A stretch of 64,000 bases of DNA from Selaginella moellendorffii (Eukaryota; Plantae; Lycopodiophyta): assembly GCF_000143415.4 (NCBI RefSeq), contig NW_003314327.1, positions 87,116 to 151,115 of the forward strand. The letters run 5' to 3'. The position numbers and the translations under genes are program-made. Of this stretch, positions 1 to 14,854 are shown piece by piece (the stretch's first letter is position 1; each line of letters begins with the position of its first letter). Under the pieces are notes generated by a model. The model made no database searches, had not been told where the DNA came from, and saw only the letters and a program-made list of their open reading frames with translations.

Positions 1-263
1 CCACGGGAATGCTTCCTTGCTCTTCCCTATCGCTCTTCTTGGCGCTGAAAGACCAAATTCGAACAAGAGGAACACGAATTTCGGTCTAGAATCGATATAG
101 AATCCCTCCCTTACCTCATCACAACACGGCTCCGCGACGATGCAACGATCTTCCTCCCCGAGCTCCTCGCCGGGGCCAATGCCAGCCCCTGCCGCGCCAA
201 TCCATCGCATTGCGGCAATGCTGCCACATTCAAGGAGCTCAAGCTCATCATCGCTGCTGCCAT
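1..263 (-). CDS. 5' part of a probable chloroplast-targeted protein (runs off window start)
   Basis: ATG at 263 gives MAAAMMSLSSLNVAALPQCDGLARQGLALAPARSSGRKIVASSRSRVVM, a Ser/Ala/Arg-rich transit-peptide-like leader. An AG|gtaag donor lies near 114 and a tttcag acceptor near 45, then SAKKSDREEQGSIPV. GATAAG (I-box-like) and CCACGT motifs lie upstream at 355-410. Confidence 0.6.
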
Positions 264-459
264 GGATTGTGGCTGCTTGGCTCCTCCAGGAATTAGGGAT
301 TGTCTCGCAAGACCTAGAGCTATGGAAGCCTGTCCCCGGCCAACGAGAGATCTCCACGTCAGCACACAAGATAAGGTGCCCGAGCCAACCACACGCATAT
401 GATAAGCAGATAAATGGCGCCGCGCGCTCTTTCAAACATTTCAACGGCCAGGATGCGTT

Positions 460-2301
460 CTAGTTGTACACCATGTATTTTGGAGTAGCGCTAAACTTTT
501 GGTAGCCTTTGATCACTTTGTTCACGGCCTCGAGGAAATCTTTCTCCGTCACTGTTTTCCTGCGAGCTCGGATCGCGTACATGCCGGCTTCAGTGCAAAC
601 GCTCCTGATATCAGCGCCTAAAGATTCAAGCAAACCAAAGCTTGGTTACCGAGAGAGGAGAGAAAACCATCTACCGTATAAGCACGAGAACTTACCGGTC
701 GAGTTTGGGCATAAGCGCGCTAGCAACTCGAATCGGATGTCGCGCTCGCAGTTCATGGTTCTGGTGTGGATCTTGAAGATCTGAGTTCTGCTGTCGAGGT
801 CTGGGAGTCCGAACTCCACCTTACGATCGAGGCGTCCGGGACGGAGGAGTGCCGGGTCCAGAGTGTCAGGCCTGTTTGGAGTAATGTAAGTTTGATTGGA
901 AAAGACTTAGATGAAGTCGGCAGTACCTGTTCGTGGCCATCAAAACTTTAATGTTCCCACGAGCATCAAAACCATCAAGCTGATTGACAATCTCGAGCAT
1001 CGTCCTTTGCACTTCGTTGTCGCCACCAATGCCGTCGTCGAATCTGGCACCACCAATGGCATCGACTTCGTCAAAGAAAACAATGCAAGCTTTCTTTGAT
1101 CGGGCCATCTGAAAGAAAAAGAGAAAGGAAAAAAAAATAAAAAATTTTAAGACCACTGCCAGGAATAAACACGGAATGTAACATACCTGGAATAACTCGC
1201 GCACCATTCGAGCTCCTTCACCAACGTACTTCTGGACGAGCTCGCTGCCAATAACTCGAATGAAGCAGGCATCTGTACGATTGGCCACTGCACGAGCGAG
1301 TAGCGTTTTCCCAGTTCCCGGAGGGCCGTAGCAAAGAACTCCTTTGGGAGGATCGATTCCAAGCTTGATAAACTTCTCAGGATGGAGCATAGGAAGCTCT
1401 ACAACCTATATGCGTAAAAGTTAAGATCGTCGACGAGGAAACCAAATGTAAAATGGTGTAGTTACCTCCCGCATTTTCTCGATTTGCTCCTTGCAACCGC
1501 CGATGTCATTGTAAGTTACATCGGGCTTCTCCTCCACCGTCATCATAGTGACGCTCGGATCAATCTTAGGGGGCAAAGGTATTTGGATCTGATATTTGTT
1601 CCTATCAACACTGTAATAGAACACACAGAAATGTCATTTACATCGAGAACATAAGAAAAAAACCATACCCGACGCGCATTCCCTCCTCAATATCTGTGGG
1701 AGACACCTTATCTCCAAGACCCACGACAAACTATCACCAAAGAGATTGTGAGAATCCTAGTCTTGAATCGAAAAAGTTATATACTTTTGCTATTTGTTTC
1801 ACGTTGATCACGTACTTTGAATCGTCCGCGCCTGGATTGATGATCTTGGTGCAACGAGCAACCTACCAAAACCAAACATGAGAGAAAAAAGAAAAGCAAG
1901 AGATCGAAGAAAAAAATCTCACTTACTTGCAGTGGCTGCTCTTCTTGCATCATTTGCTTATCAGACACCAGATCCCACTGGCTAGGAGCTGCTAGACCAG
2001 TGTCGGACTCCTTGATCCCTGGAAAAGCACGCTCAAAAAAGCCCAGCAAAATCGCAACGCACCGCATAGATCGTTCACTTTTTTCGCGAGTTCCTTGATC
2101 TCCTTCTCGACCTTTTTCGTGGAGGTAGCGTATGGGCCAAGACCCTAGAAACGCAGCGCAAATCACACACAAGAACGAGCTAGAAACGAAAAAAGCCACG
2201 AATCTTACATAAGTCTTGAGTAGCGCGATGTCGTCCTCGTCGAGCGGCGGGGGATTCTTTTCCTTGAGGATGTCATCGTCGACGTCTGCCGCTGGCGCCA
2301 T
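460..2301 (-). CDS. RPT1: 26S proteasome AAA-ATPase subunit 7 (RPT1), multi-exon
   Basis: Exons give [52 protein letters not shown], Walker A GPPGTGKT, Walker [18 protein letters not shown] and the C-terminal KYMVYN*. Confidence 0.97.
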
Positions 2302-2434
2302 GGCGTGAAGAGAAGAGAAGAACCCTAAAACATAGAAAAGCCCTAAAAGTTCTTTGGCACTAGGTAGGCTCTTTTATTTCGATCCTCTTTAATTTTACAA
2401 AAGAAGGTTCCTCTTATTCATTTACTTTGTCGTG

Positions 2435-5145
<2,711 letters not shown>

Positions 5146-5283
5146 CGTCTTGCCACGGCTCCAAAGAACCCTAAAAAGACCTTTTTATGGAGATTAAAAT
5201 CTACTGTGTGTGTAAAGTCCTTCTATCGTGGCGGTGGCGCGAGGAAGGAGAAGGAGAAATATCGAGCTCTAGCTAGCCCTAAA

Positions 5284-6193
5284 ATGCGAAGCGTGGCGAG
5301 CTCTCGCATTGTTGGGTCGATTGGGGCGTTCGATCGCTGGAATTCAGCTGGAATCGCGGCGCAGAGGCCCGCATTTGTGGCCAGCGGCTGGAATCGGCGG
5401 CGAATCATGGGCGCGTCGCAGTCGTCGAGGGATTCATCCGGCGGGCCTTCGGTCAGCGCAGGTAGAAATCTTTGATCACTTCTCCATGCGAGAAGTCGTG
5501 AGAAATCTCTTTCTCCAGAGGGAGCGGAATTTAAATCCGTGAGCGACACGGAGTGGAAGGAAAAGCTCACGGACGAGCAGTTCTACGTCACGAGGCAAAA
5601 GGGGACCGAAAGAGCTTTCAGCGGGTAAGAAAGCATTTTTAGAACATAGAACATAGAAACTCTGGCGAGAACGAGATCTATCTAAGCGATCATCCATCCG
5701 ATCGAACAGGAAGTACTGGAACACCAAGACTGCTGGGATCTACGAGTGCATTTGCTGCGGAACACCACTCTTCAAGTAAGTTTCCTTGCTTGGATTTGTT
5801 TCCCTTTCTGCTCTTCTGGTGGCTTGCTTTGTTCTTGGCTGTCAGTGGTTTCTTTTCAACTTTAGATCCATAGCCGAGCTTTCTCGAGCTTTTTTCTTCC
5901 AGCTCCATCACCAAATTCGACAGTGGCACGGGGTGGCCCTCGTACTACGAGGTGATTGGAAACAATGTCAAGAGCGAGAGCGACTGGTCCATCCCGTTCA
6001 TGCCTCGCACCGAAGTCAAGTGTTCCAAGTGTGATGCTCACTTGGGGCACGTCTTTGACGACGGCCCTCCTCCCACTGGAAAACGCTATTGCATCAACAG
6101 GTGACTTTCACTCCCAACTAAAAGAGCTTCCTTTTCTCATGTCTTTCGTGGCCGTGTTGCAGCGCTTCGCTCAACTTGAAACCGAGCGGATAG
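5284..6193 (+). CDS. MSRB1: Plastidial methionine-R-sulfoxide reductase B1 (1-Cys type)
   Basis: Transit peptide, then [10 protein letters not shown], zinc motifs CICC and [15 protein letters not shown] (Thr at the resolving-Cys position, as in plant MSRB1), [11 protein letters not shown] and catalytic RYCINS. Four short introns. Confidence 0.93.
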
Positions 6194-7099
6194 AAAATCC
6201 ATCCTTTTAACGATGTCTTCATATAGTTATAAAAAGAATTATGTTCAATAGTAATAAAATATTTGAAGAATATTTTTTAAGTTTTACTAGAATAGTTTAT
6301 CTCGTTAGAAGAATAACTTCTATATGTCTATGTATTTTGTGTTTGAGAACATTCTTAGAAAATTATCTGTCATGATATTATAATCTTAAACCTTTTCTTA
6401 CTACATTTCTTTTTTACCTTTTTATTTTTTCTGGTTGTTTCATTACAATTCTGGTGGCTTTCTCCTCCTGTTATCAAAAGGCATCTCATTGCGGCAGTCG
6501 CAAAAAGCTCAGCCTTCGGATCACGTTCAGCGAGAGAAACCACCTGCACTATGTTCGACTGACTGGGAAGCTCGGGGCTATGAACAGCAAAAGTTGAAGG
6601 CTGTCGCCGTCTGCAGTGAGTTGAATTCCAAACTCCGCTTGCTGCTGCGAAAATAATGTAAGCCAAATAGAAAGAAACACTGAACAAACCTTCAGAGAGT
6701 CTGTTCCAGAATTTTCGTAAGAATCCAGTGAAAAGGACTGTAGCAACGTTGCCTCCGATAGCAAGTTGTTGTCAAGGGAAATACGGTATACATATAGTTG
6801 TACACCGTGCTTCTCCAGAGGACCACAAGAGACGCAGATATCCACCTCCTGACTCCTTGCGTTGAGTGCCACGCAAAGAACTGAAAGGTCGTGCTCAAAA
6901 GCAGCGACGGGTCTTAGCATGTCCGAGCTAGTAAGCCGCTTGCTGATGGAACTAAAGCCGGTAAATACTCTCGACTGCATGTCCAAATCGTTGGCTACGG
7001 TATCCTTTTCATCAGCTTCCGGCACTTTGGTCCACGTATCCGTAGTAGGTACTTCTTGTTCGTTGATGGAACCAGACTTGTGGCCTGAAGCATTGTTGG

Positions 7100-7720
7100 A
7101 AGCATGCTTTTCTTGTTCGGTCGAAGTGTTTTCTCTTCGACTGTCTGCCACGTACGCTGGATTTTCTAGATCAAGTAGCTCCACATCTCCCAGAATCTGG
7201 CACGTTTCTTCAGCTGAAGGCTCCGCTGGTAGCCTTTCAAGTGTATCCGAACCAGTGGAATCGCTTGTTGTCCAAATCATGGAGTGATCATCCAAAGCAT
7301 TGCCTGCGGCGATCGTCAAATTCTTTTCGACAGTCTCAAGTTGCTTTACCAAGAGCTGGCTGGGCTGCACCGTGACTTGTTCAAGCTCATTCGGGCTAGT
7401 CAGCTTGTACGTCGATGGAACCAGCGCCTCTGTGAAAGGTATTGACTTCGGGTATAGAGCATTGTTGGGAGCTTGTTCGGCCGAAGTGTTCCTTATCCGA
7501 CTGTCCGTCACGCACGCTGCATCAAGTGACTTGACATGTCCATCCTGGAACTTTTCGTCAGCAGAAGGCTCCGCTGGTAGCCTTTTAACAGTATCCGAGA
7601 TAGTGTACCGCTTGTTCTCCGAATCAGCACAATGGTCGTCCAAAGCAATGGCTGCTGTGATCGTCGAATCCTTTTGTACAGCCTCAAAGAGCTGGCTGGG
7701 CTGCGTCGTGACTTGTTCAA
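7100..7720. repeat. Two diverged intragenic copies of a roughly 115-codon unit
   Basis: LEQVT.QPSQL...ALDDH...SDT..RLPAEPSA.E...D.A.V.DSR..NTS.EQ occurs twice in the minus-strand reading frame. Confidence 0.8.
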
Positions 7721-8324
7721 GCGCGAGCTTATTGACGATGACTGTGCGTGAGGAGGACTCGATTAAGTTTCCGCCAACACATTGTGTGTGTCGATATTCT
7801 TTGTTTGCTGAGATGTTTCGGCGTTGTCAACTTGGTTGATAGGCTCTTCAGCAATGGACTCCTCTCCAGCTTGACGCTCAACTGCGCTGGTAAGCTGCTT
7901 GTCGACGTGATGTCTAAGGCCAGTAGGTGCTTTCTGTTGGTTGTCAAAGATATTTGTTGTCATGGCCGTCGTGTCACCTTGCTCGATCGGGTCTTTGGCT
8001 ATGGAAGTCTCCAATGCCGTGTTACCCATCCCAAAGTCTATAGGACTTTCCGCCACATCTCTTTTGGAGAGATCTTGTCTCTGTTTTCTTCTTGAACGTT
8101 TCTTCATGAGAGGGACGGCATTTGGAAGTAGCAGAGATATCATGCTGGCAAACAAGTCCGAGTTGTTTTGATTTTCTTCTGAGTTGGATCCCAGCAATGA
8201 CTGCTGACTGCCGCCAATTGTCACTGGTAAAAGAAAAAATGAGATTCTCACTGCATTTCATGAGGAAGCTATTTGTAATTACGCTCTAGATTTGGAGAAT
8301 TATGTTCTTCTTCTCTCACGTGAA

Positions 8325-8430
8325 GTACCTCCAGAGTATCAGGCACAATCTTAGACTCCAGCTCGGGTTCTTCTCTCATGTGAAGTTCCTCCAGAGTATC
8401 GGGCAAAATGTTCGGTTCCAGCTCGGGTTC
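8325..8430. repeat. Tandem duplication of about 60 bp (EPELE..I.PDTLE.LH.REE)
   Basis: ttcttctctca(c/t)gtgaagt(a/t)cctccagagtatc...tccagctcgggttc occurs twice. Confidence 0.8.
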
Positions 8431-9259
8431 CAAATCCGAGACATAAACATTTTCTGGACCTACTCAGTCCATAAAAGTTTATCAAAAGAAGCAAAATCGA
8501 ATTAAAAACTTACAAGAATCTTCTGCACCGTGACGCTCTTGCGAGTTCTTGTCTGTTTTCAGTCATTGAGACGACCTCACACCCTCGTCTCCTGGCCGCG
8601 GAGATAACACTCGCTTCCTATTTCCTTCCCAAATCACTGAAGATCGAAACAACTCTGGAGAACGAGCGCTGGACGAACTTTGGACATTGACTTCTGTCTC
8701 GTCTTTTTTCGATGAAGCAGAAACTAGTTCACGTAGGAGATACTGCACCGCAACGCCAACCATCTGCCCAGATAGAACTTTTTTTTTGCCATGGAGACAA
8801 AGACAAGAAAAGAACAATTACCTCCTCGCCATTGAACGAGTTCCTGGATGCTGGATTTTCATCATCGCTTCCCCGCAGCGTACCTTGAAAGTTTCCATCA
8901 AGAAACGCGCAAGAAAAACCGAAAAGAAAAAAAAACTCACCGCAAACAAAGGCCCGAGCTTATCCTCTCGGATTGCCATCGCGTATGCCTCCCTTCCTCG
9001 CCAGATCTCTGCATCCCACGGGAAAAGGGTACATTCTTCCCAAAATCAACAAACAGCAGCTACATTCCAGAGAAATCCCTCACCCGAGAGCTGCTCCACT
9101 ACCTCTTCTCCCACGGGCCCTGGAAAAGCGATCCAAGGGCCTCGATCTCCACAGCCTAGAACCCTAACCCCGACCACAAAAATTCCCGCGCTGAGTATAT
9201 ACATTTGGCGATGAGCACGTAAGGCGCAGCATCGCCGGGATCCAACCCGGTCCGCGCGG

Positions 9260-9570
9260 ATCACCTCCTCGTCGGGTTCCAGCGGCATACTGCGGAGCAA
9301 CGCCTCCCCACACCGCCCGAGCAGCTCCACCACAAACCGGTACAGCCACCCCGCGTAGAACATCCCCCGCTCGAGCAGCCCGCCCTGGGAGCTCGACGCG
9401 AGCACCACTCCATTCGGGGAGATCCCCTCCAACCATCGCGTTCCAGATCCCTCTCGCGGTTCTTCTCGAACAGCATCCAGGCTCCCACACTTGGCGTGTA
9501 AGCTCGCGACTGCTGGAGTGGCGATTCCTAGCTCGAAAGCTCGGGTGTGGATTGCAGTGCCTTCGTCAAA
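9260..9570 (-). pseudogene. Degenerate PLS-class PPR gene fragment
   Basis: DEGTAIHTRAFELG...SLHAKCGSLDAVR...LEGISPNGVVLASSSQGGLLERG...VELLGRCGEALLRSMPLEPD matches PPR consensus pieces (MYAKCGSL, SHGGLL..G, VDLLGR.G, MP.EPD) with internal deletions. Confidence 0.7.
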
Positions 9571-9784
9571 ATCTGCCGCGAGAGTTCATCTTTGGTTTTG
9601 AATTTTTCTTTCTTTATATACTGAATTTTATGGTGGAAGGCTGTCTCTCAAAATGTCTTCCACCACAATAAACATTTTTCTGGAAGTTCAACAGAACTTT
9701 ACCAATGCTTCTGCTTCTTTTTCTCTTCTTCTATTATTTGTATGCTGGTCACATATGTCTCCATTTGATTGCTCAGTTTCATAA

Positions 9785-10720
9785 TTATCCTGCGAGAATC
9801 TTTTTCACGATCAAATTTTCACCGGTGCCAGAAAACTTTCTCTTTACTCCACAATGCCTCCTTCTATGTGGCATCGCTGTTAAGATCTCCCCACTACCAC
9901 AATGCTTGACAATCCAGGGATGTGTAAGCACGGCATCTAGAGTCACCCTCTTGCTCTGCTCCACATCTAGCATTCCCTGGATGAGATCCTCTGCTTCACA
10001 CGATGCCAAATCACTCGGGAATGCTCCAGCTCTCAGAAAATCAAATTCAACTCTTGATCGATACCCACTCAGCAGCTCGTACGCAATGACTCCCAGTCCC
10101 CACACGTCCACGGCTGCCGTGTAACTCGCTCGTAGTCCTCGGGCTCCATCACTCTTCACCGCTACCACCTCAGGTGCCATGTACTTTGCTGTTCCACAAT
10201 ACTGTTGCATATCCCACTGCTTGTCCGTGGCCATGCCAAAATCTCCAATCACCACTTCATCCACTGCACTGGCGTTGAGCCTCTCAAAGATGTTCTCAGG
10301 CTTGAGATCACGGTGGACAACCCCTCTCGAGTGCATCCACTTGAGTGTTTCTGCTAGCCTTTTAATAGTCTTGGCTGCTTCTTCTTCAGTCAGTGCCCCA
10401 CCCTGGATCAATCGCTCTGCCAAGCTAGGGCCGCAAAGCTCCATCACGATGGTCCCATAGCACCTCCCACCTTCTCTCTCCCTCACAAAATCCTCAAAGG
10501 CAACAACTCCAGGGCAGATGCGAAGCTTAGACATGAGCCGAGCTTCATTCTCGCCATTCCTCATCGATTTAACTGATTTCCCTGCATACTTCTTGCCAGC
10601 CCTGCGACGAGCACTCAACAAATAGACCTGCCCTTCACCACCAGATCCCAGCTTCTCACCCCGCCTGTACAGCTTGAGCAGCTCACCACAGTCGTCCTCC
10701 CCAAACTCGCACGCCACCAT
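9785..10720 (-). CDS. Intronless Ser/Thr protein kinase (CAMK/CDPK/PPCK-like catalytic domain only)
   Basis: A 311-aa ORF with GSGGEGQV, AGK, alpha-C Glu (NEARL), HRDLKPEN, DFG, GTAKYMAPE, DVWGLG and R..L..VLTHPW. No EF-hands. Confidence 0.88.
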   Translation of the reverse strand: MVACEFGEDDCGELLKLYRRGEKLGSGGEGQVYLLSARRRAGKKYAGKSVKSMRNGENEARLMSKLRICPGVVAFEDFVREREGGRCYGTIVMELCGPSLAERLIQGGALTEEEAAKTIKRLAETLKWMHSRGVVHRDLKPENIFERLNASAVDEVVIGDFGMATDKQWDMQQYCGTAKYMAPEVVAVKSDGARGLRASYTAAVDVWGLGVIAYELLSGYRSRVEFDFLRAGAFPSDLASCEAEDLIQGMLDVEQSKRVTLDAVLTHPWIVKHCGSGEILTAMPHRRRHCGVKRKFSGTGENLIVKKILAG

Positions 10721-11449
10721 TGCTCGCCAATTTTTTGACCTAGCTTCTCGCTAACGGGTACAAATCGACGGCTGGAACCCCGTTTGATCGACGGTCACGA
10801 TCTTGTGAAAGACGGAAGCCCTAACCTGAATTTATTTCAAAACATTAATTTGAATCTGGATAGCCATGCTTCTCTACAAAATCGTACGCATGCATCCTGT
10901 GTTTTACACGCTCTGTTGTGCCGCAGTGGCTCCTGCCGGATCAATCGCCCTCAAAGCACCACCAGCGCGATCAGAGCATTCACAAGGGACCAGCGGGATC
11001 ACAACCATGTCTCCAATCAAAGGCCTGTACCTTGGCTCCGACTGGACGCCTAGAACAGCAACAGAAGCGACCTAAAGAGGAAGAGGAAGCGCACTTACTT
11101 GGAAGGACAATATCCTTGACTGCAGGATCCACAATGAGGGTAAACCTGGTGCGGTCGCTCAGTTTCGGCGTCCTCTTGAGCATGTCGATGACGGTACGCA
11201 AATCAAATGCCCCGGATACGAGCCCAGCAGCAACGACAAAATATTTTAAGAGCGTCCACCACGAATTAGCCGCTTTACTGCCTTCCAGGCAGCCTTGTAA
11301 TCCCTGGAGCACACACATTCTCACTTCTAACATGTCAAAGAAATTAAAGCTTCTTGCAAGAGCAAACCTTGACACCAGCACAAAGAACAAACATCTTCGT
11401 CAGTGAGCAATGTGAGTTATTTTGCTTGTCGTAATGCCTGTAGGACCTT

Positions 11450-12129
11450 ACCCGAATCAACAACAGTATACTTATGGCCAGGCCCCAGTGTGTCCGATTC
11501 TTTGAACTGTATGGTATATCGATGTCAAAAAAAGTTGAACCTGGTGTGAAAGAGGGCTGAGAAAAAACCGTAGACGACGCGTCAGAAAAGCAAACCTTCC
11601 GATGTTTACCTTTTAGAGAGCCACCTTTTCCGTAGATGCAGCAAGTATTGTAGAGATGATCGCCACGTCATTCCGCTATGGTATGAGCCACCGATTATGG
11701 TAACCTCATGTCTGAAAGCATTTTGGAAGAGGGAGAACCGCCTGCATAGATTGGAAAGCTCGCGTTTGAGTATGGACAATTCCCCATTTCCTGTAAGACA
11801 TTCTCCTTATGACTGAACAGAGAACTACAAAACTTAACTGGAAGAAGGATCAGCTTGCTGCCGCCATCAGCAGCCGTCTGGATAGCTTCACGAGCATGCC
11901 TGATGTTCTGTTCCTTGTCTGCGTAAATCGAAAGATGACAAACGGCGATCTTGAACTGCCAGAAAAACGAAAGTAATGTGCAGATGGCACTAAAACTTCC
12001 ACTCACCTTGCTCCTGCACGCGCGGTGGTCACAACTCAAAACATCCCCGTTGGATCTCGTCCTGCAATCCAAGGAACCTCTTAAAACAAAACGAAGTGGC
12101 TATATGGCGACCACATTACCTGTGGCCAT
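11450..12129 (-). pseudogene. Omega-amidase / NIT2-like nitrilase pseudogene (5' half)
   Basis: FKIAVCHLSIYADKEQNIRHAREAIQTAADGGSKLILLP|EMGNCPYSN, then GDHLYNTCCIYGKGGSLKGKHRK and FDIDIP. It has stops, deletions and frameshifts, and no catalytic-Cys exon was found. Confidence 0.8.
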
Positions 12130-12150
12130 GGTAACCTTGCCACCTTGTCG

Positions 12151-12765
12151 ATGGGAATCCCTACTCTATCCGAATTGCCGCTTCCACGTACAGCAAAAAC
12201 ACCACCACAACCAAGTAGCACTTTGCTCTCGTCTTAAGCCATCCCCGAGTTCAGTCCAGACGGTCGACCAAAACTGAGAATGGAGCATCTCAATCTGCTG
12301 ATAACGTTTCTCCTCCAGAGGTTGACGTTGTGTTGGAGCAGGCCATGCTAGTCTCCCGGGAGCACGACGCTTGCACAAAGAAGGCGTCACATTCTAGCTG
12401 CTTGAAGCGTCCGATGGAGTTGGAGATCGAGTGAGAAGTGACACCGTCCAAGGCTACGTCCCGGACAGGGGCTTCCAGATCTTCATATCCGCATATCCGG
12501 AGGCTGCAGAAGTTCTTGCCTACCATGCGCTGGAGCTCAAGAACTTTTATGCTGGAGCCTTTGTCTGGTTTGACGTATGCTTTCACTAAGTTGCAGACCC
12601 GTTCCGGCACCTGGTTACTGTCGCTTGGTAATCCGATTGGTACTGTCCTGGACAAAATCGTCGTTGGCATTGTCAGGCTTCAAGCAGCATCACAACCATT
12701 TGAGAAACTTCTCTCAGCACCTGAAGTAGAGATCGTAGAAAAGTTGAAAACCGACAGCTTTTCCT
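12151..12765 (+). pseudogene. FAD-dependent oxidoreductase (amine oxidase-like, At3g09580-type) pseudogene
   Basis: A frame absent from the ORF track reads VGAGHASLPGARRLHKEGVTF*LLEASDGVGDRVRSDTVQGYVPDRGFQIFISAYPEA...FH*VADPFRH. It then shifts to SLGNPIGTVLDK...EVEIVEKLK. Two stops, a frameshift, and truncation at AT-rich DNA. Confidence 0.8.
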
Positions 12766-14854
12766 TTTCTCTTTTAAGCCTAATCACCATACTCCAGCTA
12801 TTCAAGCCATGTATAGCTTACCACTTACGTTGCTTACAACTTTCAACTCACTATTCATACTATGCCCACACTGTTTGTAGCTTGCCACTCATCTCGCTCA
12901 TGCTGCTTACAATAGATAGATCGAAACTCATAGCTTGCATATAGTCATTGTAAACTTAGCATAAGATGACATGTATCAAAAGGAATATTCTCATAAGACA
13001 TTTAGTTTGCATTTGAGCTGTAGGACCTTTCAAGTGGTTCATAGCTTCACTAGTAAATTAGCTAAAAAAGAGAGAGAGAAGGTTTTGGATCCACCTAATG
13101 TGTGAGATTGTGGATGGCAAGAACACTGGGAATCTTTGTACAAAGAGTGAATCAAGATTGCCAAATGAAAACACATTCATGCAATGCTTGAGAAAATAGA
13201 TTAAAAAACAGTCATATACTCAAAATTTTTAGGACTTCATCCCCAGCATCACCTAGAATGCTGCAACACTTAATTGCATTGCAACCAATTAATCAATATG
13301 AAAGACCCAGCTTGTCTCTAATGTCATTCAAGGGTATTTCTAATCAGTCACATATGCTGCATAATAATCTTTATAGTCAAGTATGATGGGAAGTTCATCT
13401 TATTCTATAATCATATTAGACATATAAAGAAATGCATTAGTGTACATGAGTAACAATTATCTTCAATGTTTCTTGTTGAACTCTAACTTTTGATTAGGAT
13501 CCATACTAATGTTTAAGGAAACAATATCTAGAAATAAATTATAAATTAAATTCCCAACGAAAAATATAAATGCAAGATTGGACTGGAAACCAATTAAGCT
13601 GTGCTAATACAAATTTTAATAATTTTTTTACCATTTTTAGTTTTCTTAAGCAATTAAAATATGTAGATATTCTAGGATCAGTTGTCATTCATTTATATTA
13701 GTCTTGTATTTATAATTTATGAATATGTTTATAACTTATAAACTTTCTTAAACACTCCCTAATATATTCTAGTTTATTTTACCATCTAATGATTGATATG
13801 CAATAATGTTAATCTTGTGTTTATAAATTATGAACATTATTTATAATTATAAACTTCCATTTGATAAAATAAGGAATTGGTCCAAAACCTTGATTCCACT
13901 ATACTTCTAAAACACAACTTATACAAATCACCAGATTTTTGTGCAATAATCTCTATCACTTGGAATAGTGGGAGCAATGAAGCTATACAAATGATAATAT
14001 TTAGTTTTGGAGGAAGGGTATCTTTGGTTTGGGGAAAGATATAGTCAATATGTTTGATTTTGGCACTTATTCAGTCCTAACTTTCATGACTATGGCACAA
14101 TAATGGAAACTCTTCAAGAATTGTTCAATGGTGAGAATCATCTTGAGTTCAAATAACTGTAGCTCACATCCAAAGACTCCAAACATGTTATATTGACAAA
14201 TATAGCTGCCCAATCCAATTTTCAAAGATACAAAACATGGTGGATGGAAAAGGTTATTCCACATAAAGCTTAACAAAACTATGCAGCTAAGTATTTTAAT
14301 AGTACTTAACTTGGTCACTCCTCTTGTTAATAGATTTTGGATCATCCTTAGAATGACACTAGCTATTATGGAGATTCAATTATTCCCATACTTGCTATTC
14401 AATTCTTATAAACACCATTCTGCTAAAATCTCAATCAATCTCCTTTTGGATCTATGTGTCCATTGATCATTGGCCCTTCTTTTTACACGGCTTTGTTATG
14501 TCCTTGGAAGACAGTCTAAACAGCATTTGCGGCTTGACCACAAGCGTGCAAGACAGAAAATGGAGATTTATAATTACGAACGAATTAGAAAAAGTTAAAT
14601 CTCAATGCTTGAATGTTCTAGGTATATTTACTATGATTCAACATTATCATAGCTTGGTGTTTTGATTCTTTGAGTCCTTTCAGTGCTATTTGTAATGCTT
14701 TGGCTTTTATGGCTGCTACTCTAGCATCTGGCTGGAAAAAAACCTTCATCCATCAATGCTATGAACTTTAACGATCTCACTCCACCTCAAACAGCTTTAG
14801 AAAAGGTGGCTACAAAGATGCAGGAGCCATAATCCATTTTTCTTCAATTGACTC

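Larger units (their letters stand above)
6549..9155 (-). pseudogene. Disrupted At1g26330-like gene (N-terminal FY-rich-type segment, long low-complexity middle, start of a C-terminal beta-rich domain)
   Basis: The N-terminus reads AVEIEALGSLFQGPWEKR*WSSSR with an in-frame TAG at 9099-9101. Then MAIREDKLGPLFA, VQYLLREL, SMISLLLPNAVPLMKK and IQLTADG, which recall this plant family from memory. There is a TGA at 8563, a frame change near the (CA)n run at about 7785, and an early end at 6549. Confidence 0.6.

Noticed and set aside
6995-11125. gtatcctt / atatcctt motifs as U12 intron donors
   Set aside because: They lie on the strand opposite the local coding sequence and have no matching branch point.
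10900-11400. Exon-like 136-aa minus-strand ORF with a splice donor near 11098
   Set aside because: No recognisable family and no consistent spliced frame. Left unannotated.
12290-12944. 126-aa minus and 168-aa plus ORFs as novel genes
   Set aside because: They are antisense or largely off-frame readings of the oxidoreductase pseudogene.
12770-14790. AT-rich stretch with short ORFs
   Set aside because: No domain, terminal repeat or RNA structure I can support. Probably old repeat debris.
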